Below, piece by piece: positions 10,836-21,334 of a DNA stretch of 64,000 nt. The notes under the pieces were generated by a model, which was given only the letters and a program-made list of their open reading frames with translations, was not told the origin of the DNA and ran no database searches. The number at the start of each line of letters is the position of its first letter. Position 1 is the first letter of the stretch. Made by a program: the position numbers and the translations under genes. Source of the DNA: an uncultured Acidobacteriota bacterium (GTDB taxonomy: Bacteria > Acidobacteriota > UBA6911 > CAINFC01); the NCBI GenBank assembly GCA_964617125.1, contig CAZTVS010000001.1:14296-78295 (forward strand), read 5' to 3'.

Positions 10836-11900
10836 ATGGAAAGGCGGGAGATAATTTCCAGGGTATTACTGCTTGGGGCCGCTTGGCCTTGGCAGAATAT
10901 GAGTAAAAACACTCAGGAAACCGGCGATGCCAAGTCGATCGCCCTAGACCCTGTCACTCGCCTGGAGACTTATGCGGAAAAGGCGGAAATCCTGAATAAG
11001 GATGGATCTCCTGCCTTGGGCCTGAACGGTCTGGTCCTCATCCCATCTGTGGTTGTCGATGATGCCGCATTGGAGGTGGAGATTTTTGCCGAGGAGGATT
11101 GTTGCCCGGGGATACTGTTTCGTGCTCTCGATCAGAAAAATTTCGAGCTGGCTTACGCTGCCCCCCACAACAGCGAGCAAGCGGATACCATTCAGTACGA
11201 TCCTGTATTTTTAGGATCCAATACCTGGCAGCTCTATTCCGGTTCCCAATATCAGACAAAAGCCAAGGTGCAAAAAAAGCAATGGTTTCGCTTCCGGATC
11301 GATATGATCGGAGAGCAGGCCTTTATTCAGCTTGGAGACAGTCCGCCGCTGTGTGTGGAAAAACTGGCTCATGGAAGAAAGGCCGGCCGTATAGGTTTGT
11401 GGACATATCGTCCCGCTTTTTTCCGGAATCTCCGGATGTTTTCACCGCGAAAAATTGACCACCCTCGAAATGAAGTCCCACTCCCGCAAGGTACGGTCAT
11501 GGAATGGGGGTTGGAAGGGTATGGCGCTGTCTTTTGCGAACCGAACGGGGTGTTGAACGTCAATCGGTATTTGCCGGTGACGCAAGGAGTTGCCAGACTT
11601 AAACGACGATTTGAAGTGAAAAGGGAAACAGAGATGGAGATGAATTTCGGATTCAGCGATGAACTCCTTATGACTCTGAACGAGGAGATATGCTTTTCCG
11701 GAACCCATCTTTTTAAGGGTTTTCAAAACATGCAGGACAGGGGAAGTGTTTCGCAGGAGGCCAATCGAATCACGAAAAAGCTGAAAAAAGGCTTTTACCA
11801 AGTCTGTGCCCAGTTGAAGGTATCTGAACCTTTCGGTTGGGGGATATCCTTACGGGTCCAGGGCGAGAATATCGAATGGCTTCCGGCAACGACCCCTTAG
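10836..11900 (+). CDS. Exported protein with DUF1080/ConA-like beta-sandwich domain
   Basis: MERREII.. Tat-like N-terminus; GILFR, W..FRI, GRIGLW, FRNL patterns. Confidence 0.5.
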   Translation: MERREIISRVLLLGAAWPWQNMSKNTQETGDAKSIALDPVTRLETYAEKAEILNKDGSPALGLNGLVLIPSVVVDDAALEVEIFAEEDCCPGILFRALDQKNFELAYAAPHNSEQADTIQYDPVFLGSNTWQLYSGSQYQTKAKVQKKQWFRFRIDMIGEQAFIQLGDSPPLCVEKLAHGRKAGRIGLWTYRPAFFRNLRMFSPRKIDHPRNEVPLPQGTVMEWGLEGYGAVFCEPNGVLNVNRYLPVTQGVARLKRRFEVKRETEMEMNFGFSDELLMTLNEEICFSGTHLFKGFQNMQDRGSVSQEANRITKKLKKGFYQVCAQLKVSEPFGWGISLRVQGENIEWLPATTP

Positions 11901-11919
11901 TCACCACAGCAGGAGGAAT

Positions 11920-12837
11920 ATGATGCGACTCATAACCCGATCTGATTTTGACGGTTTGGTCTGTGCTGTCCTTTTAAAAGAAATCGGAATCGTCGATTCC
12001 TACCAGTTTGTCCATCCCAAGGATGTACAGGATGGAAAAATCAAAGCAACGGAAAATGATATTGTTGCCAATATCCCCTATATTCCTGGTTGTGGTATGT
12101 GGTTTGACCATCACGTCAGCGAAAAGGACAGAAAGGCCTTTCCCGATACCTGGCAGGGAGCGAGTTACAAGGAAAAAAGTGCCGGACGGGTCATTTACAA
12201 CTACTTCGGCGGGCCGGCCAAATTCCCCGCCGCTTTTTCGGAAATGATGACGGCCGTAGATAGAACCGATTCCGGTAATCTGACCACGGAGGAGATCCTT
12301 CAACCGCAGCGCTGGATTCTGCTTTCCTTTATTATGGATCCGCGAACCGGTCTGGGGCGTTATAAGGACTATCGAATCAGCAACTATCAACTCATGGAAG
12401 CGTTGATCGAAATGTGCCGGACCGGAAAGATCGAGAACATACTGGAACAGGAAGATGTCAACGAGAGAATCGTCCGATATCAGGCCCAGGAAAAGGCATA
12501 CCGGGAGATGATACTCAAAAATTCCCGGGTCGAGGGAAAGGTTTTAGTGATTGATCTGCGGGAAGTGGAAGAAATCGTGACCGGCAATCGATTTGTCGAG
12601 TACAGCCTCTTTCCGGAAACATGCACCTCCATACGGATTATTTGGGGCTTGAAAAAACAAAATACCGTATTTGCCGTAGGGCATAGCATTATCGACCGTT
12701 CTTCCAAGGTGAATATCGGATCTCTGCTGCTTTCCCTGGGTGGAGGCGGACATTCTCAAGTGGGCACCTGCCAGATAGAGAATGCCAAAGCGGAAGAGAC
12801 GCTGCGATGGTTAATTGATTCCCTGAATCACGGTTGA
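11920..12837 (+). CDS. DHH/DHHA1 phosphoesterase (NrnB-like nanoRNase / 'exopolyphosphatase-like')
   Basis: TRSDFDG, WFDHH, C-terminal GGGGH; strong RBS AGGAGG. Confidence 0.85.
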   Translation: MMRLITRSDFDGLVCAVLLKEIGIVDSYQFVHPKDVQDGKIKATENDIVANIPYIPGCGMWFDHHVSEKDRKAFPDTWQGASYKEKSAGRVIYNYFGGPAKFPAAFSEMMTAVDRTDSGNLTTEEILQPQRWILLSFIMDPRTGLGRYKDYRISNYQLMEALIEMCRTGKIENILEQEDVNERIVRYQAQEKAYREMILKNSRVEGKVLVIDLREVEEIVTGNRFVEYSLFPETCTSIRIIWGLKKQNTVFAVGHSIIDRSSKVNIGSLLLSLGGGGHSQVGTCQIENAKAEETLRWLIDSLNHG

Positions 12838-12842
12838 TGCTC

Positions 12843-13892
12843 TCAGCGCTTGATACGAAACAGGCGTATCTCCTTGGTTTCATCGGGACATTCCACCTCG
12901 GCGTAGACCCAGAATTCTTCTCCGACAGTCAGCCAGCTGGAATAGCGAAGAGTACGGAAATTCTTGCTGGGGGTGGAACTGAAAAGGAGGGGGGCTTCCG
13001 GGGTCAGGTCGATGATCGTATGCAGATCAAAAGAAAATCCGATTCCGGTTGCGATGTTGTAGACGGGATCATGCCAGCTTGTGCCGGATCCTTCATAGAT
13101 AAAAAGATATCCTACTCCCAGAGGAAGGATACTGGCGGGGCGAACGAAAAAGTCATGCCAACCTGAGAGATCCATGATCGGTTGATATGGATTTCCTGCT
13201 GCCTGCCAATCCTCCCCATCCTTGCTCTGGAAATGAAAGATACGCTCGTTTTGCCGGATATAGCCTATGACAAAGCAGTGATAGGTGCCTTCGCTGAACA
13301 ACAGGACCGGATCCTTGAAACTGCGTGGGGGGATGTCGCGATCATATTTGGGAGCGGGAGGGCGAATGACGACTTTTGCCGATGAGGGTTGAAACTCTCC
13401 CGGTTTGGTGGCGTCCTTTAGTTTCAAAATTCCCCAGGAATCCCCTTCGATCGGTCCGCAGATATAGAGTTTGAAGAGGCCGGTCCGTGGATCTATGAGC
13501 AAAGCCGGGCGTTCCACACCGGCGATGGGTACATTTTCCCGCAGGATACTTTGCACTTTTTCAAAATGAATTCCATCCTGGCTGCGGAGCAGGCGGATTT
13601 CATATCCGCGAAGTCCGCGCGGGGCCTCCGCAGTACGCATGCGGCAGGCCATCCAGAAGATGCCGTCTTTGTCCACTACGACAGAGGGTGCACCGGCCCA
13701 CCATTCGGGAGCGATCTTATCGGGACGCAGAATGACGTCATATCTGGTGAATTTGCCGGGAATGATGCCGTACTCCCGTACACCGCTGGAAACGTCGATT
13801 TGCTGGGGCACGGATTGTTCCATGCCGCAGAAAACGGTTGTTACTCCCAGGAGAAAAAAAATACCGCTCAAAAAAGACTTCATGGTCTGCAT
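12843..13892 (-). CDS. Secreted five-bladed beta-propeller glycoside hydrolase-like protein
   Basis: Signal-peptide-like N-terminus; Asp-box motifs SQDGIHF and SKDGEDW; GAPS, ERP, KDP repeats. Confidence 0.6.
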   Translation of the reverse strand: MQTMKSFLSGIFFLLGVTTVFCGMEQSVPQQIDVSSGVREYGIIPGKFTRYDVILRPDKIAPEWWAGAPSVVVDKDGIFWMACRMRTAEAPRGLRGYEIRLLRSQDGIHFEKVQSILRENVPIAGVERPALLIDPRTGLFKLYICGPIEGDSWGILKLKDATKPGEFQPSSAKVVIRPPAPKYDRDIPPRSFKDPVLLFSEGTYHCFVIGYIRQNERIFHFQSKDGEDWQAAGNPYQPIMDLSGWHDFFVRPASILPLGVGYLFIYEGSGTSWHDPVYNIATGIGFSFDLHTIIDLTPEAPLLFSSTPSKNFRTLRYSSWLTVGEEFWVYAEVECPDETKEIRLFRIKR

Positions 13893-13959
13893 CCTTCGAG
13901 GAACATATCTCAGCCAAATGAATGACCGGTCTATGGGATAAACGAATACACGGAAGGGG

Positions 13960-13995
13960 TGTTATGGGAACCCCGGCAAAGGGGCTCCCATAACA
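13960..13995 (-). terminator. Hairpin downstream of ppdK (putative terminator)
   Basis: TGTTATGGGA-ACCCC...GGGG-C-TCCCATAACA inverted repeat just after the ppdK stop. Confidence 0.6.
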
Positions 13996-14010
13996 GGATG
14001 GTTTACAGGT

Positions 14011-16827
14011 TTATTTGCGGGCTTTGGCTTTTTTTGCCGCCGGTTTGGCCTGCTTGGCAACGGCTTTGGCTGCCGGCTTGGCCTTGCCTTTTGCGGGGGC
14101 AGCAGGCTTTTCCTTGGTCATCTCGACCGCCCCTTGAGCAGCAGCCAGACGGGCGATGGGTACGCGGAAAGGAGAGCAGCTGACATAATTCATTCCAGCC
14201 CGGGCGAAAAATTTCACCGAAGCCGGATCTCCACCATGTTCGCCGCATACACCAACCTTCAGATCGGGTCGCATTCCGCGACCCAGATCGATACCCAGGG
14301 CCACCAGGCGTCCGACACCCTCTTTATCGATGGTTGCGAAAGGATCGTCACTGATGATTTTCTTGTCGATATAGTCGCTCAGGAAACCGCCGACATCATC
14401 CCGGCTGAAGCCGAAACTCATCTGGGTCAGGTCGTTGGTCCCGAAAGAGAAGAACTGGGCGATAGCTGCGATTTTATCGGCAACCAGGGTGGCCCGCGGG
14501 ATCTCGATCATCGTGCCATACAGGTATGGGATTTTCTTGATTTTGAACTTGGCCAGGACTTCCGCATACACGCGATCGACGATGGCTTTCTGATCCACCA
14601 GCTCTGTTTCCACGCAAACCACCGGGATCATGATCTCCGGATAAGGCTTCTTGCCCTCCTTGATCAGTTCGGCAGCGGCCTCGAAAATGGCCCTGACCTG
14701 CATTTCGGTGATCTCCGGATAGGTCACACCCAAACGGACACCACGATGACCCATCATCGGATTGTTCTCGTGCAGAGAGTCGGCACGTTTGTCGAACTGT
14801 TCCGCAGTGATATTCAGGCTTTGGGCCAGTTTTTTCCGTTCTTCCTCACGAGTCGGAATGAATTCATGCAGAGGGGGATCCATGGTTCGGATCGTGACGG
14901 GTAGTCCGTCCATAGCCAGCAACGTTCCCTTGATATCGTTCTTGCAGTGAGGGAAGAGTTCGGCCAGAGCGGCGCGGCGTTCGTCGACATTGCTGGAAAC
15001 GATCATCTTGCGCAGTTTGAATAGAGGCTCCTCCGCACCCTTTCCGTAGAACATATGTTCGATGCGGAACAATCCGATACCCTCAGCCCCAAAGGCACGG
15101 GCTCGGGCGGCATCGTCCGGTGTATCGGCATTGGTACGAATGCCGATTTGGCGGACTGCATCGCAGATTTTCATGAAGGCGACGAAGTCGGGATTTTCCT
15201 CTGCGGCCTTCTTCATGGGCAGTTGTCCTTCATAGACATAACCCTTGGAGCCGTTCATGGAGAACCAGTCTCCCTCTTTGAAGGTACGGTCGCCTGCCTT
15301 GATTGTCCGATTGGCATAATTGATATGTAGGGACCCTGCTCCGACGATGCAGCATTTCCCCCATCCACGGGCGACCAGAGCGGCATGGCTCGTCATTCCG
15401 CCACGAGCGGTGAGTACGGCTACGGCAGCCCGCATGCCTTCGATATCTTCCGGATTGGTCTCTTCGCGGGCCAGGATTACCTGTTTCCCGGATTTGGCCC
15501 AACTGACGGCATCGTTAGAGGAAAAGACGATCTGTCCGCAGGCGCCGCCGGGACCAGCAGGCAATCCCTTGGCGATCGGTTCCGTTTTCTTTTCCTGGGC
15601 CGGATCCAGAATCGGATGCAGCAATTCATCCAACTGGGCCGGAGAGACGCGACATACGGCTTCTTCCTTGGTGATCAGCCGTTCTTTGCACATATCGATG
15701 GCCATCTTGACAGCAGCAGGGCCGTTGCGTTTGCCGACTCTGCACTGCAGCATCCATAAACGACCGTCCTGGATGGTGAATTCGATGTCCAGCATGTCCC
15801 GATAATGTTTTTCCAGGCGGAGGCGGATGGCATCCAGCTCCTTGTAGGTCTTAGGCATTGCCTTTTCCAACGAAGGCAACCCTTTGCTGTGTTCCGTGCG
15901 TGTGGTCTCGTTGATCGGATTCGGGGTCCGGATACCGGCCACGACATCTTCTCCCTGGGCGTTGGGAAGCCATTCGCCGTAGAAATGATTGTCGCCGGTA
16001 CTGGGGCTGCGGGTAAAGGCCACACCGGTGGCGGAGGTGTCTCCCATGTTGCCGAAAACCATGGCCTGCACATTGACGGCTGTTCCCCATTCATCCGGAA
16101 TGCCTTCGATACGGCGATAGGAGATGGCCCGTTTTCCGTTCCAGCTGGAGAAGACGGCGCTGATGGCACCCATGAGCTGTTTCACCGCGTCATCGGGGAA
16201 AGGTACTCCCAATACTTCCTTGACCTTGGCTTTGTAGATTTCGATCAAAGACTTCAGGTCTTCTGCGGTCAGCTCCGTGTCCAGCTTATATCCTTTGGCT
16301 TCCTTCATCTTGTGCATCTCTTTTTCGAGCTGCTGACGAATGCCTTTGCCTTCCGCCGGTTCGATGCCGGCCGCTTTTTCCATTACCACATCGGAGTACA
16401 TCTGGATCAGACGACGGTGGGAATCGTATACAAATCGGGGATTGTTGGTTTTGCGGATCAGACCTTCACGGGTCTGAGTCGTCAAACCGACATTCAGCAC
16501 GGTCTCCATCATGCCCGGCATGGAGCTGCGCGCTCCGGAACGTACGGAGAAGAGAAGGGGATTGTTCTTATCGCCGAACTTCATTCCGGTCTCTTTCTCT
16601 ACATAGTTGACAGATTTGAGAACACTCTCCTGAAATCCCTGGGGATATTTCTTCTTGTTTTGGTAGTAATAGGTGCACATCTCGGTGGTAATGGTGAACC
16701 CGGGCGGGACAGGAATCCCAAGGCTGCCCATTTCTGCCAGGTTGGCACCTTTGCCTCCAAGAAGATTCTTCATCTCGGCTTTGCCTTCATTCTTGGCACC
16801 ACCGAAAAGATAAATGAACTTTTGCAT
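14011..16827 (-). CDS. ppdK: Pyruvate, phosphate dikinase with Lys/Ala-rich C-terminal tail
   Basis: LLGGKGANLAEM, SVRSGA, GGMTSHAA phospho-His motif, SFGTNDLTQ, CGEHGGDP. Confidence 0.98.
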   Translation of the reverse strand: MQKFIYLFGGAKNEGKAEMKNLLGGKGANLAEMGSLGIPVPPGFTITTEMCTYYYQNKKKYPQGFQESVLKSVNYVEKETGMKFGDKNNPLLFSVRSGARSSMPGMMETVLNVGLTTQTREGLIRKTNNPRFVYDSHRRLIQMYSDVVMEKAAGIEPAEGKGIRQQLEKEMHKMKEAKGYKLDTELTAEDLKSLIEIYKAKVKEVLGVPFPDDAVKQLMGAISAVFSSWNGKRAISYRRIEGIPDEWGTAVNVQAMVFGNMGDTSATGVAFTRSPSTGDNHFYGEWLPNAQGEDVVAGIRTPNPINETTRTEHSKGLPSLEKAMPKTYKELDAIRLRLEKHYRDMLDIEFTIQDGRLWMLQCRVGKRNGPAAVKMAIDMCKERLITKEEAVCRVSPAQLDELLHPILDPAQEKKTEPIAKGLPAGPGGACGQIVFSSNDAVSWAKSGKQVILAREETNPEDIEGMRAAVAVLTARGGMTSHAALVARGWGKCCIVGAGSLHINYANRTIKAGDRTFKEGDWFSMNGSKGYVYEGQLPMKKAAEENPDFVAFMKICDAVRQIGIRTNADTPDDAARARAFGAEGIGLFRIEHMFYGKGAEEPLFKLRKMIVSSNVDERRAALAELFPHCKNDIKGTLLAMDGLPVTIRTMDPPLHEFIPTREEERKKLAQSLNITAEQFDKRADSLHENNPMMGHRGVRLGVTYPEITEMQVRAIFEAAAELIKEGKKPYPEIMIPVVCVETELVDQKAIVDRVYAEVLAKFKIKKIPYLYGTMIEIPRATLVADKIAAIAQFFSFGTNDLTQMSFGFSRDDVGGFLSDYIDKKIISDDPFATIDKEGVGRLVALGIDLGRGMRPDLKVGVCGEHGGDPASVKFFARAGMNYVSCSPFRVPIARLAAAQGAVEMTKEKPAAPAKGKAKPAAKAVAKQAKPAAKKAKARK

Positions 16828-16939
16828 GAAACCTCCGGCTAATTAGTTAGAGTTAAGTAAGAAACGTCGATATGGTCCGCCGAAAATTGGCAAAAGATCT
16901 GCTTCGGCGCTTCTGAAAGAACAACACAACGGATTGTAA

Positions 16940-19057
16940 CTACACTTTAAGAGGATCTCCTTCCACAACGATCTCCGAGAGATCTCCGACAAGCAGGAAA
17001 AGAGCCGATAATTCGCGTAATAAAGCCAGGCGGTTGGCGCGGACCTCTTCTTCCTCAGCCATCACCAGGACCTTATCGAAGAAACGATGGATGATCGGGC
17101 GTAAGGCAGCGATGCCCCGCAGTGCCTGATAGTAATTCTTCTGGTTCATCTCCTGCATTACCAAAGGAAAGGTGGACGAAAGAGAGGATGCCAGTTCCTT
17201 TTCCGAATCTTCCCGGAAAAGTGCGGGTTCCAGTTCCGGCAGCTTGGATAGGTCGACATCCTTAAGGATGTTTTTGACCCGTTTGAAAGCAGTGGCAATC
17301 TCCAGGAAGTCGGTTTCTTTTCGTATGCGCTGCAGGGCTTCGGCTCGGAACAGGGTTTCCAGCGGCGGTTCAAATCCGCGAGCCATGGCGGCATTTACCA
17401 CATCATAGCTAAGACCGCGCTGCTGCAACATGTTGCGCACACGCTGTTCAAAGAACTGGGCCAGATCGTCTCTTGTATCTTCACTGGATCGGGTGATCTT
17501 CGGTCCTACCGCAGCCAGTGCTGAGTCAGTCATCTTGCCGATGGTAAAGGTCAAGTGGTGATCCCATAAGATCTTTATCACCCCCTGGGCCTGACGGCGC
17601 AGGGCAAAGGGATCGCTGGAACCTTTGGGGGTAATTCCAACACCAAAACAACCGGCAAGGGTATCCATGCGGTCTGCCAGGGAGAGAAGAGCCCCCAACA
17701 TATTTCTGGGAGTGGAATCTTCCAGAGAACGGGGTTGGTATTGATCGTATATAGCCTGCCAAATCTCTTCAGGATAGCCCTCCTTTCGAGCATAGATACC
17801 ACCCATGATCCCCTGAAGTTCCGACAGTTCTTTGACCATGTCGGTGGCCAGATCTGTCTTGATGAGACGAGATGCAAGCTGAATCTTCTGAATCATCGTC
17901 TCTTCCTCCGGATGCCCTAAGGCGAACTCCGAGGCAATCGACTCGATGCGTCCCGATTTTTCCAGATAAGAACCCAGCTTTACATGGAAAAGACATCGTT
18001 CCAGCATCGGCAGACGACTTTCCAACGTCTTCTCCGTATCCACTTTCCAGAAGAAGGAGGCATCGTTCAGACGGGCCTCCAAAACACGTTCATGCCCACG
18101 GCGAATAATGCCCTGAGGGTCTCCCAGACAATCGGTGACCGCCAGGAAGCAGGGTAGAAGCCGACCATCGGCATCTTCAACAGAGAAGTATTTCTGGTGC
18201 TTACGCATTACCGTGGTGAGCACCTCCGACGGCAATGTCAGGAAATCGGATCGAAAAGATCCGGCTATGATATGAGGGTGCTCGTTCAGTCCGCACACCT
18301 CATCGAGCAGTTCCGAATCGGGAATCATCCATCCGCCCATCTGACCGGCTTTCTCCTCCAGCTGTTTTTCGATGAGGGACCGTCGCTTTTGCTGGTCTGG
18401 GATGACATGGTTTTCCTCAAGGGCCGGAAAATAATGGGCAACGGAAGGCACGTGGATGGCCGGCGATCCCAGGATGCGGTGGCCAAAGGTATAAGAATCG
18501 CTTTGGACGTCGGCGATATGCAGAGGGATCACTTTGTCGTCGAGCAGGCCGAGAATCCAGCGGATGGGTCGGATAAAAACAAATCGATCTTCCGACCAGT
18601 ACATGGGGCGAGGAAAGGATATCTTGCCGAGCAGCCCGGGAACCTCCTGTGAGAGGATCAGGCATGTATCCTTACCGCTGAGAACTTTCTGAATACCGAT
18701 GTATTCCCCCTTCGGAGTTCGTATTTTCTGCAGCTCTTCTATCTTTACGCCGCAGCGGGAGGCGAATCCGATGGCTGCCTTGGTTGGATTTCCATCCGCG
18801 TCCCAGGCAGATTTCCAGGAAGGCCCCTGTGCCGATTCCGTGCTGTCTTCCTGACGCACGGGGAGCCCTTCCGCGGTAATCACCAACCGACGGGGGGTGC
18901 CCAGGACCTGAAAATTGCGGAAGGACAGTCTCTGGTTTTGCAGCAGCAGAGGGAAATTTTCCTGCAGGTGTTTTACTGTTTGCCGAAAGGCCCAAACAGG
19001 GAGTTCTTCGCAACCGATTTCGATCAATAGCTCTCCGGACATTCTGGTCTCCTTCAT
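16940..19057 (-). CDS. glyS: Glycine--tRNA ligase beta subunit
   Basis: [46 protein letters not shown]. Confidence 0.97.
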   Translation of the reverse strand: MKETRMSGELLIEIGCEELPVWAFRQTVKHLQENFPLLLQNQRLSFRNFQVLGTPRRLVITAEGLPVRQEDSTESAQGPSWKSAWDADGNPTKAAIGFASRCGVKIEELQKIRTPKGEYIGIQKVLSGKDTCLILSQEVPGLLGKISFPRPMYWSEDRFVFIRPIRWILGLLDDKVIPLHIADVQSDSYTFGHRILGSPAIHVPSVAHYFPALEENHVIPDQQKRRSLIEKQLEEKAGQMGGWMIPDSELLDEVCGLNEHPHIIAGSFRSDFLTLPSEVLTTVMRKHQKYFSVEDADGRLLPCFLAVTDCLGDPQGIIRRGHERVLEARLNDASFFWKVDTEKTLESRLPMLERCLFHVKLGSYLEKSGRIESIASEFALGHPEEETMIQKIQLASRLIKTDLATDMVKELSELQGIMGGIYARKEGYPEEIWQAIYDQYQPRSLEDSTPRNMLGALLSLADRMDTLAGCFGVGITPKGSSDPFALRRQAQGVIKILWDHHLTFTIGKMTDSALAAVGPKITRSSEDTRDDLAQFFEQRVRNMLQQRGLSYDVVNAAMARGFEPPLETLFRAEALQRIRKETDFLEIATAFKRVKNILKDVDLSKLPELEPALFREDSEKELASSLSSTFPLVMQEMNQKNYYQALRGIAALRPIIHRFFDKVLVMAEEEEVRANRLALLRELSALFLLVGDLSEIVVEGDPLKV

Positions 19058-19953
19058 CCTTTCACCGACTGGATTTCATTCTGCAGTGGTCCTTCCATCT
19101 TTTCCCCGGTCTCTTCTCTGGCGGTATAGGCTTTGGCAATGGAACAGGAGAGATAGCGGATTTCGTTGATCTTGGCGGCGCGTTCGGTTACGCTGATGGC
19201 CCCCCTGGCATCCAACAGATTGAAGGTGTGAGAGCATTTCAGGCAATAATCATAGGCGGGAAGCAAGGCCCCTTGCTGTATCAGGTGGATGCATTCTTCC
19301 TTGTAAAGAGCAAACATCCGATTCAGCCGGTCAACGTCGGCCAATTCGAAGTTATAGCGGGAAAATTCGACTTCCTCCTGCAGACGGACATCGCCATAGG
19401 AGTAATCTTTTACCCATTCGATATGGTAAACGCTGTCCAGATTGCCTATGAAGGTGGCAATACGCTCCAGGCCGTACGTGATCTCTGCAGACACGGGATA
19501 CAGATCGATTCCTCCGGCCTGTTGGAAGTAGGTAAATTGGGTTATCTCCATTCCATCGAGCAGGACCTGCCAGCCGACTCCCCATGCGCCCAGTGTCGGA
19601 GATTCCCAGTTATCCTCTTCGAAACGAAGGTCATGCTCTTTCATGGAAATACCCAGCATTTCCAGACTTTTCAGATAGATTTCCTGAACATTGGCTGGAG
19701 AAGGCTTGAGAATGACCTGATATTGAAAATAGCGTTGCATCCGGTTCGGATTTTCGCCATATCGACCATCGGTCGGACGACGGGAAGGTTGCACATAGGC
19801 GACCCGGTAAGGCTTTTTCCCCAGAACACGCAGAAATGTTTCCGGGTGCATGGTGCCTGCCCCCATTTCCATATCGTAAGGTTGCTGGAGAATGCATCCC
19901 TGCTCGGCCCAGAAGTGTTCCAGACGTAAGATGAGTTCTTGAAATCGGATCAT
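19054..19953 (-). CDS. glyQ: Glycine--tRNA ligase alpha subunit
   Basis: Start MIRFQELI (ATGA overlap with recO stop); [31 protein letters not shown]. Confidence 0.97.
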   Translation of the reverse strand: MIRFQELILRLEHFWAEQGCILQQPYDMEMGAGTMHPETFLRVLGKKPYRVAYVQPSRRPTDGRYGENPNRMQRYFQYQVILKPSPANVQEIYLKSLEMLGISMKEHDLRFEEDNWESPTLGAWGVGWQVLLDGMEITQFTYFQQAGGIDLYPVSAEITYGLERIATFIGNLDSVYHIEWVKDYSYGDVRLQEEVEFSRYNFELADVDRLNRMFALYKEECIHLIQQGALLPAYDYCLKCSHTFNLLDARGAISVTERAAKINEIRYLSCSIAKAYTAREETGEKMEGPLQNEIQSVKG

Positions 19954-20696
19954 GCGGCGATCAGCTCCTTTAAAAGGCGGTAAGACTTCACGGAGTGTTC
20001 CAAATGCCTGTGGATGACATTCTGGGCAATCGATTCCATCTTGTTTAAAGTTCGGGGAGAAACGACTTCCGGTTCGATGTCCTGAGGGGATAGCCGGGAA
20101 AAGAGCTGATAGGATTGGAAATCTATGGGCTCCAGCAAGAGAGAAGCGGAAGGGCAACAGGAGAGGCAAAAAAACCTCGTATGGTTGGAAGAAAATACGT
20201 ACGATTGGGAGCCCAGAGCGGCGGAACAGGAGGCACATTGTCGATGACCGGGCCAGATTCCTTCCAGGCGTAACAGCCAGAACTCGAAATATCGACTGAG
20301 GAGGACAGGAACAGGATGTCGGCTTAAAGAATGCAGTACGGAGGTAGCCAGGCGGAAAACTCCCGGATGCGGATTATGCTCAGTGGTAAACTCATTGATC
20401 AGATCGATAACGTACATGTGGTGCAGCAAATTCGTCCATCTTGGCTCCTTGGGATAGTAATCCAGGAGCCGCCAAAGTGAAAAACGAGCCAAATCCGACC
20501 CCTCCCTTTCGGTGATATGCAGGGAAATGAATGATCCGACATCCTGCCAGCCCAGATTTCCCGCTTTGATCCTTTTGCAGCCCGGCGCCGTTCCGCGTAT
20601 TTTACCCAGGTCACGGGTGAAGACGGAAAAGATCCTGTCGTTTTCTGCAATGTCATAGGCGCGAAGTACAATGGCCTCTGTGGTCAGTGACGGCAT
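19950..20696 (-). CDS. recO: DNA repair protein RecO
   Basis: EAIVLR..D..ENDRI..FT..GK; Zn finger CASC...CLSC; recO-glyQS synteny. Confidence 0.9.
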   Translation of the reverse strand: MPSLTTEAIVLRAYDIAENDRIFSVFTRDLGKIRGTAPGCKRIKAGNLGWQDVGSFISLHITEREGSDLARFSLWRLLDYYPKEPRWTNLLHHMYVIDLINEFTTEHNPHPGVFRLATSVLHSLSRHPVPVLLSRYFEFWLLRLEGIWPGHRQCASCSAALGSQSYVFSSNHTRFFCLSCCPSASLLLEPIDFQSYQLFSRLSPQDIEPEVVSPRTLNKMESIAQNVIHRHLEHSVKSYRLLKELIAA

Positions 20697-20812
20697 TCCT
20701 CTACCTATCGCCCGAAGTTAAAAGCACAGAAATTAGCATATCTGTTGATAAATTTGAAGAGAGAAAAGAAGATAGTTTGTTGTCCGACTGATGGTAAGTC
20801 TCTGAAAAATCC

Positions 20813-20902
<90 letters not shown>

Positions 20903-20940
20903 GTTCGCGGAAAGCACGTAAAAACACATGCGAGGCGTTA

Positions 20941-20969
20941 AAGATACAGTTTCCACGTCTAAGTTTCAA
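20941..20969 (-). promoter_or_regulatory. Putative sigma70 promoter of tRNA-Ser/recO-glyQS
   Basis: Minus strand TTGAAA, 17-bp spacer, TATCTT. Confidence 0.5.
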
Positions 20970-21082
20970 GGGTTGCCTGAAGATATTCTTACCTGCAGAC
21001 AGTCCTGGAGATCCTGAATCGCAATCTACCAGGCGGAGAAAGATGGGGACATATCGCTGGGTTTGTCACTCCTGCCGGTGAA

Positions 21083-21334
21083 TCAGCGGTGGAAATACTC
21101 ATCATGCCGTCTTCGGCGAATTTCCAGGACCTCGACGATGCCCATCAATATGTTGGCAATTCCCAGTCCGATGATAATCCCTTTGAAATAGCCACTCAAG
21201 GCAAAGGTCTTGAGGAAAGGGAATCGATGGAGCAAGGCATTGTTGTCCCAGATCTTGAACCAGGGCAGCAGGATCAGGAAAATGCCGACTTCAAAAAAGT
21301 ACAGGATGTAAATGAAATGGAACAGACGTGACAT
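21083..21334 (-). CDS. Small two-helix membrane protein, unknown function
   Basis: Two hydrophobic segments with LPW..WDNN loop and basic tail; start overlaps stop of the TPR gene by 1 nt. Confidence 0.7.
   Translation of the reverse strand: MSRLFHFIYILYFFEVGIFLILLPWFKIWDNNALLHRFPFLKTFALSGYFKGIIIGLGIANILMGIVEVLEIRRRRHDEYFHR

Noticed and set aside
14134-16842. Long plus-strand ORFs antisense to ppdK (and similar shadows opposite the ligase, glyQ, gpmI, etfA and fabF)
   Set aside because: Antisense shadows of well-conserved genes with no recognisable motifs
19954-20238. 95-aa N-terminal extension of GlyQ in the ORF track
   Set aside because: Overlaps recO in another frame; the canonical GlyQ start (MIRFQELI) is at 19953 with an ATGA overlap
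20700-20812. Integrative element at the 3' end of tRNA-Ser (also checked tRNA-Glu at 49511)
   Set aside because: No integrase and no duplicated tRNA 3' end; both tRNAs are flanked by housekeeping genes
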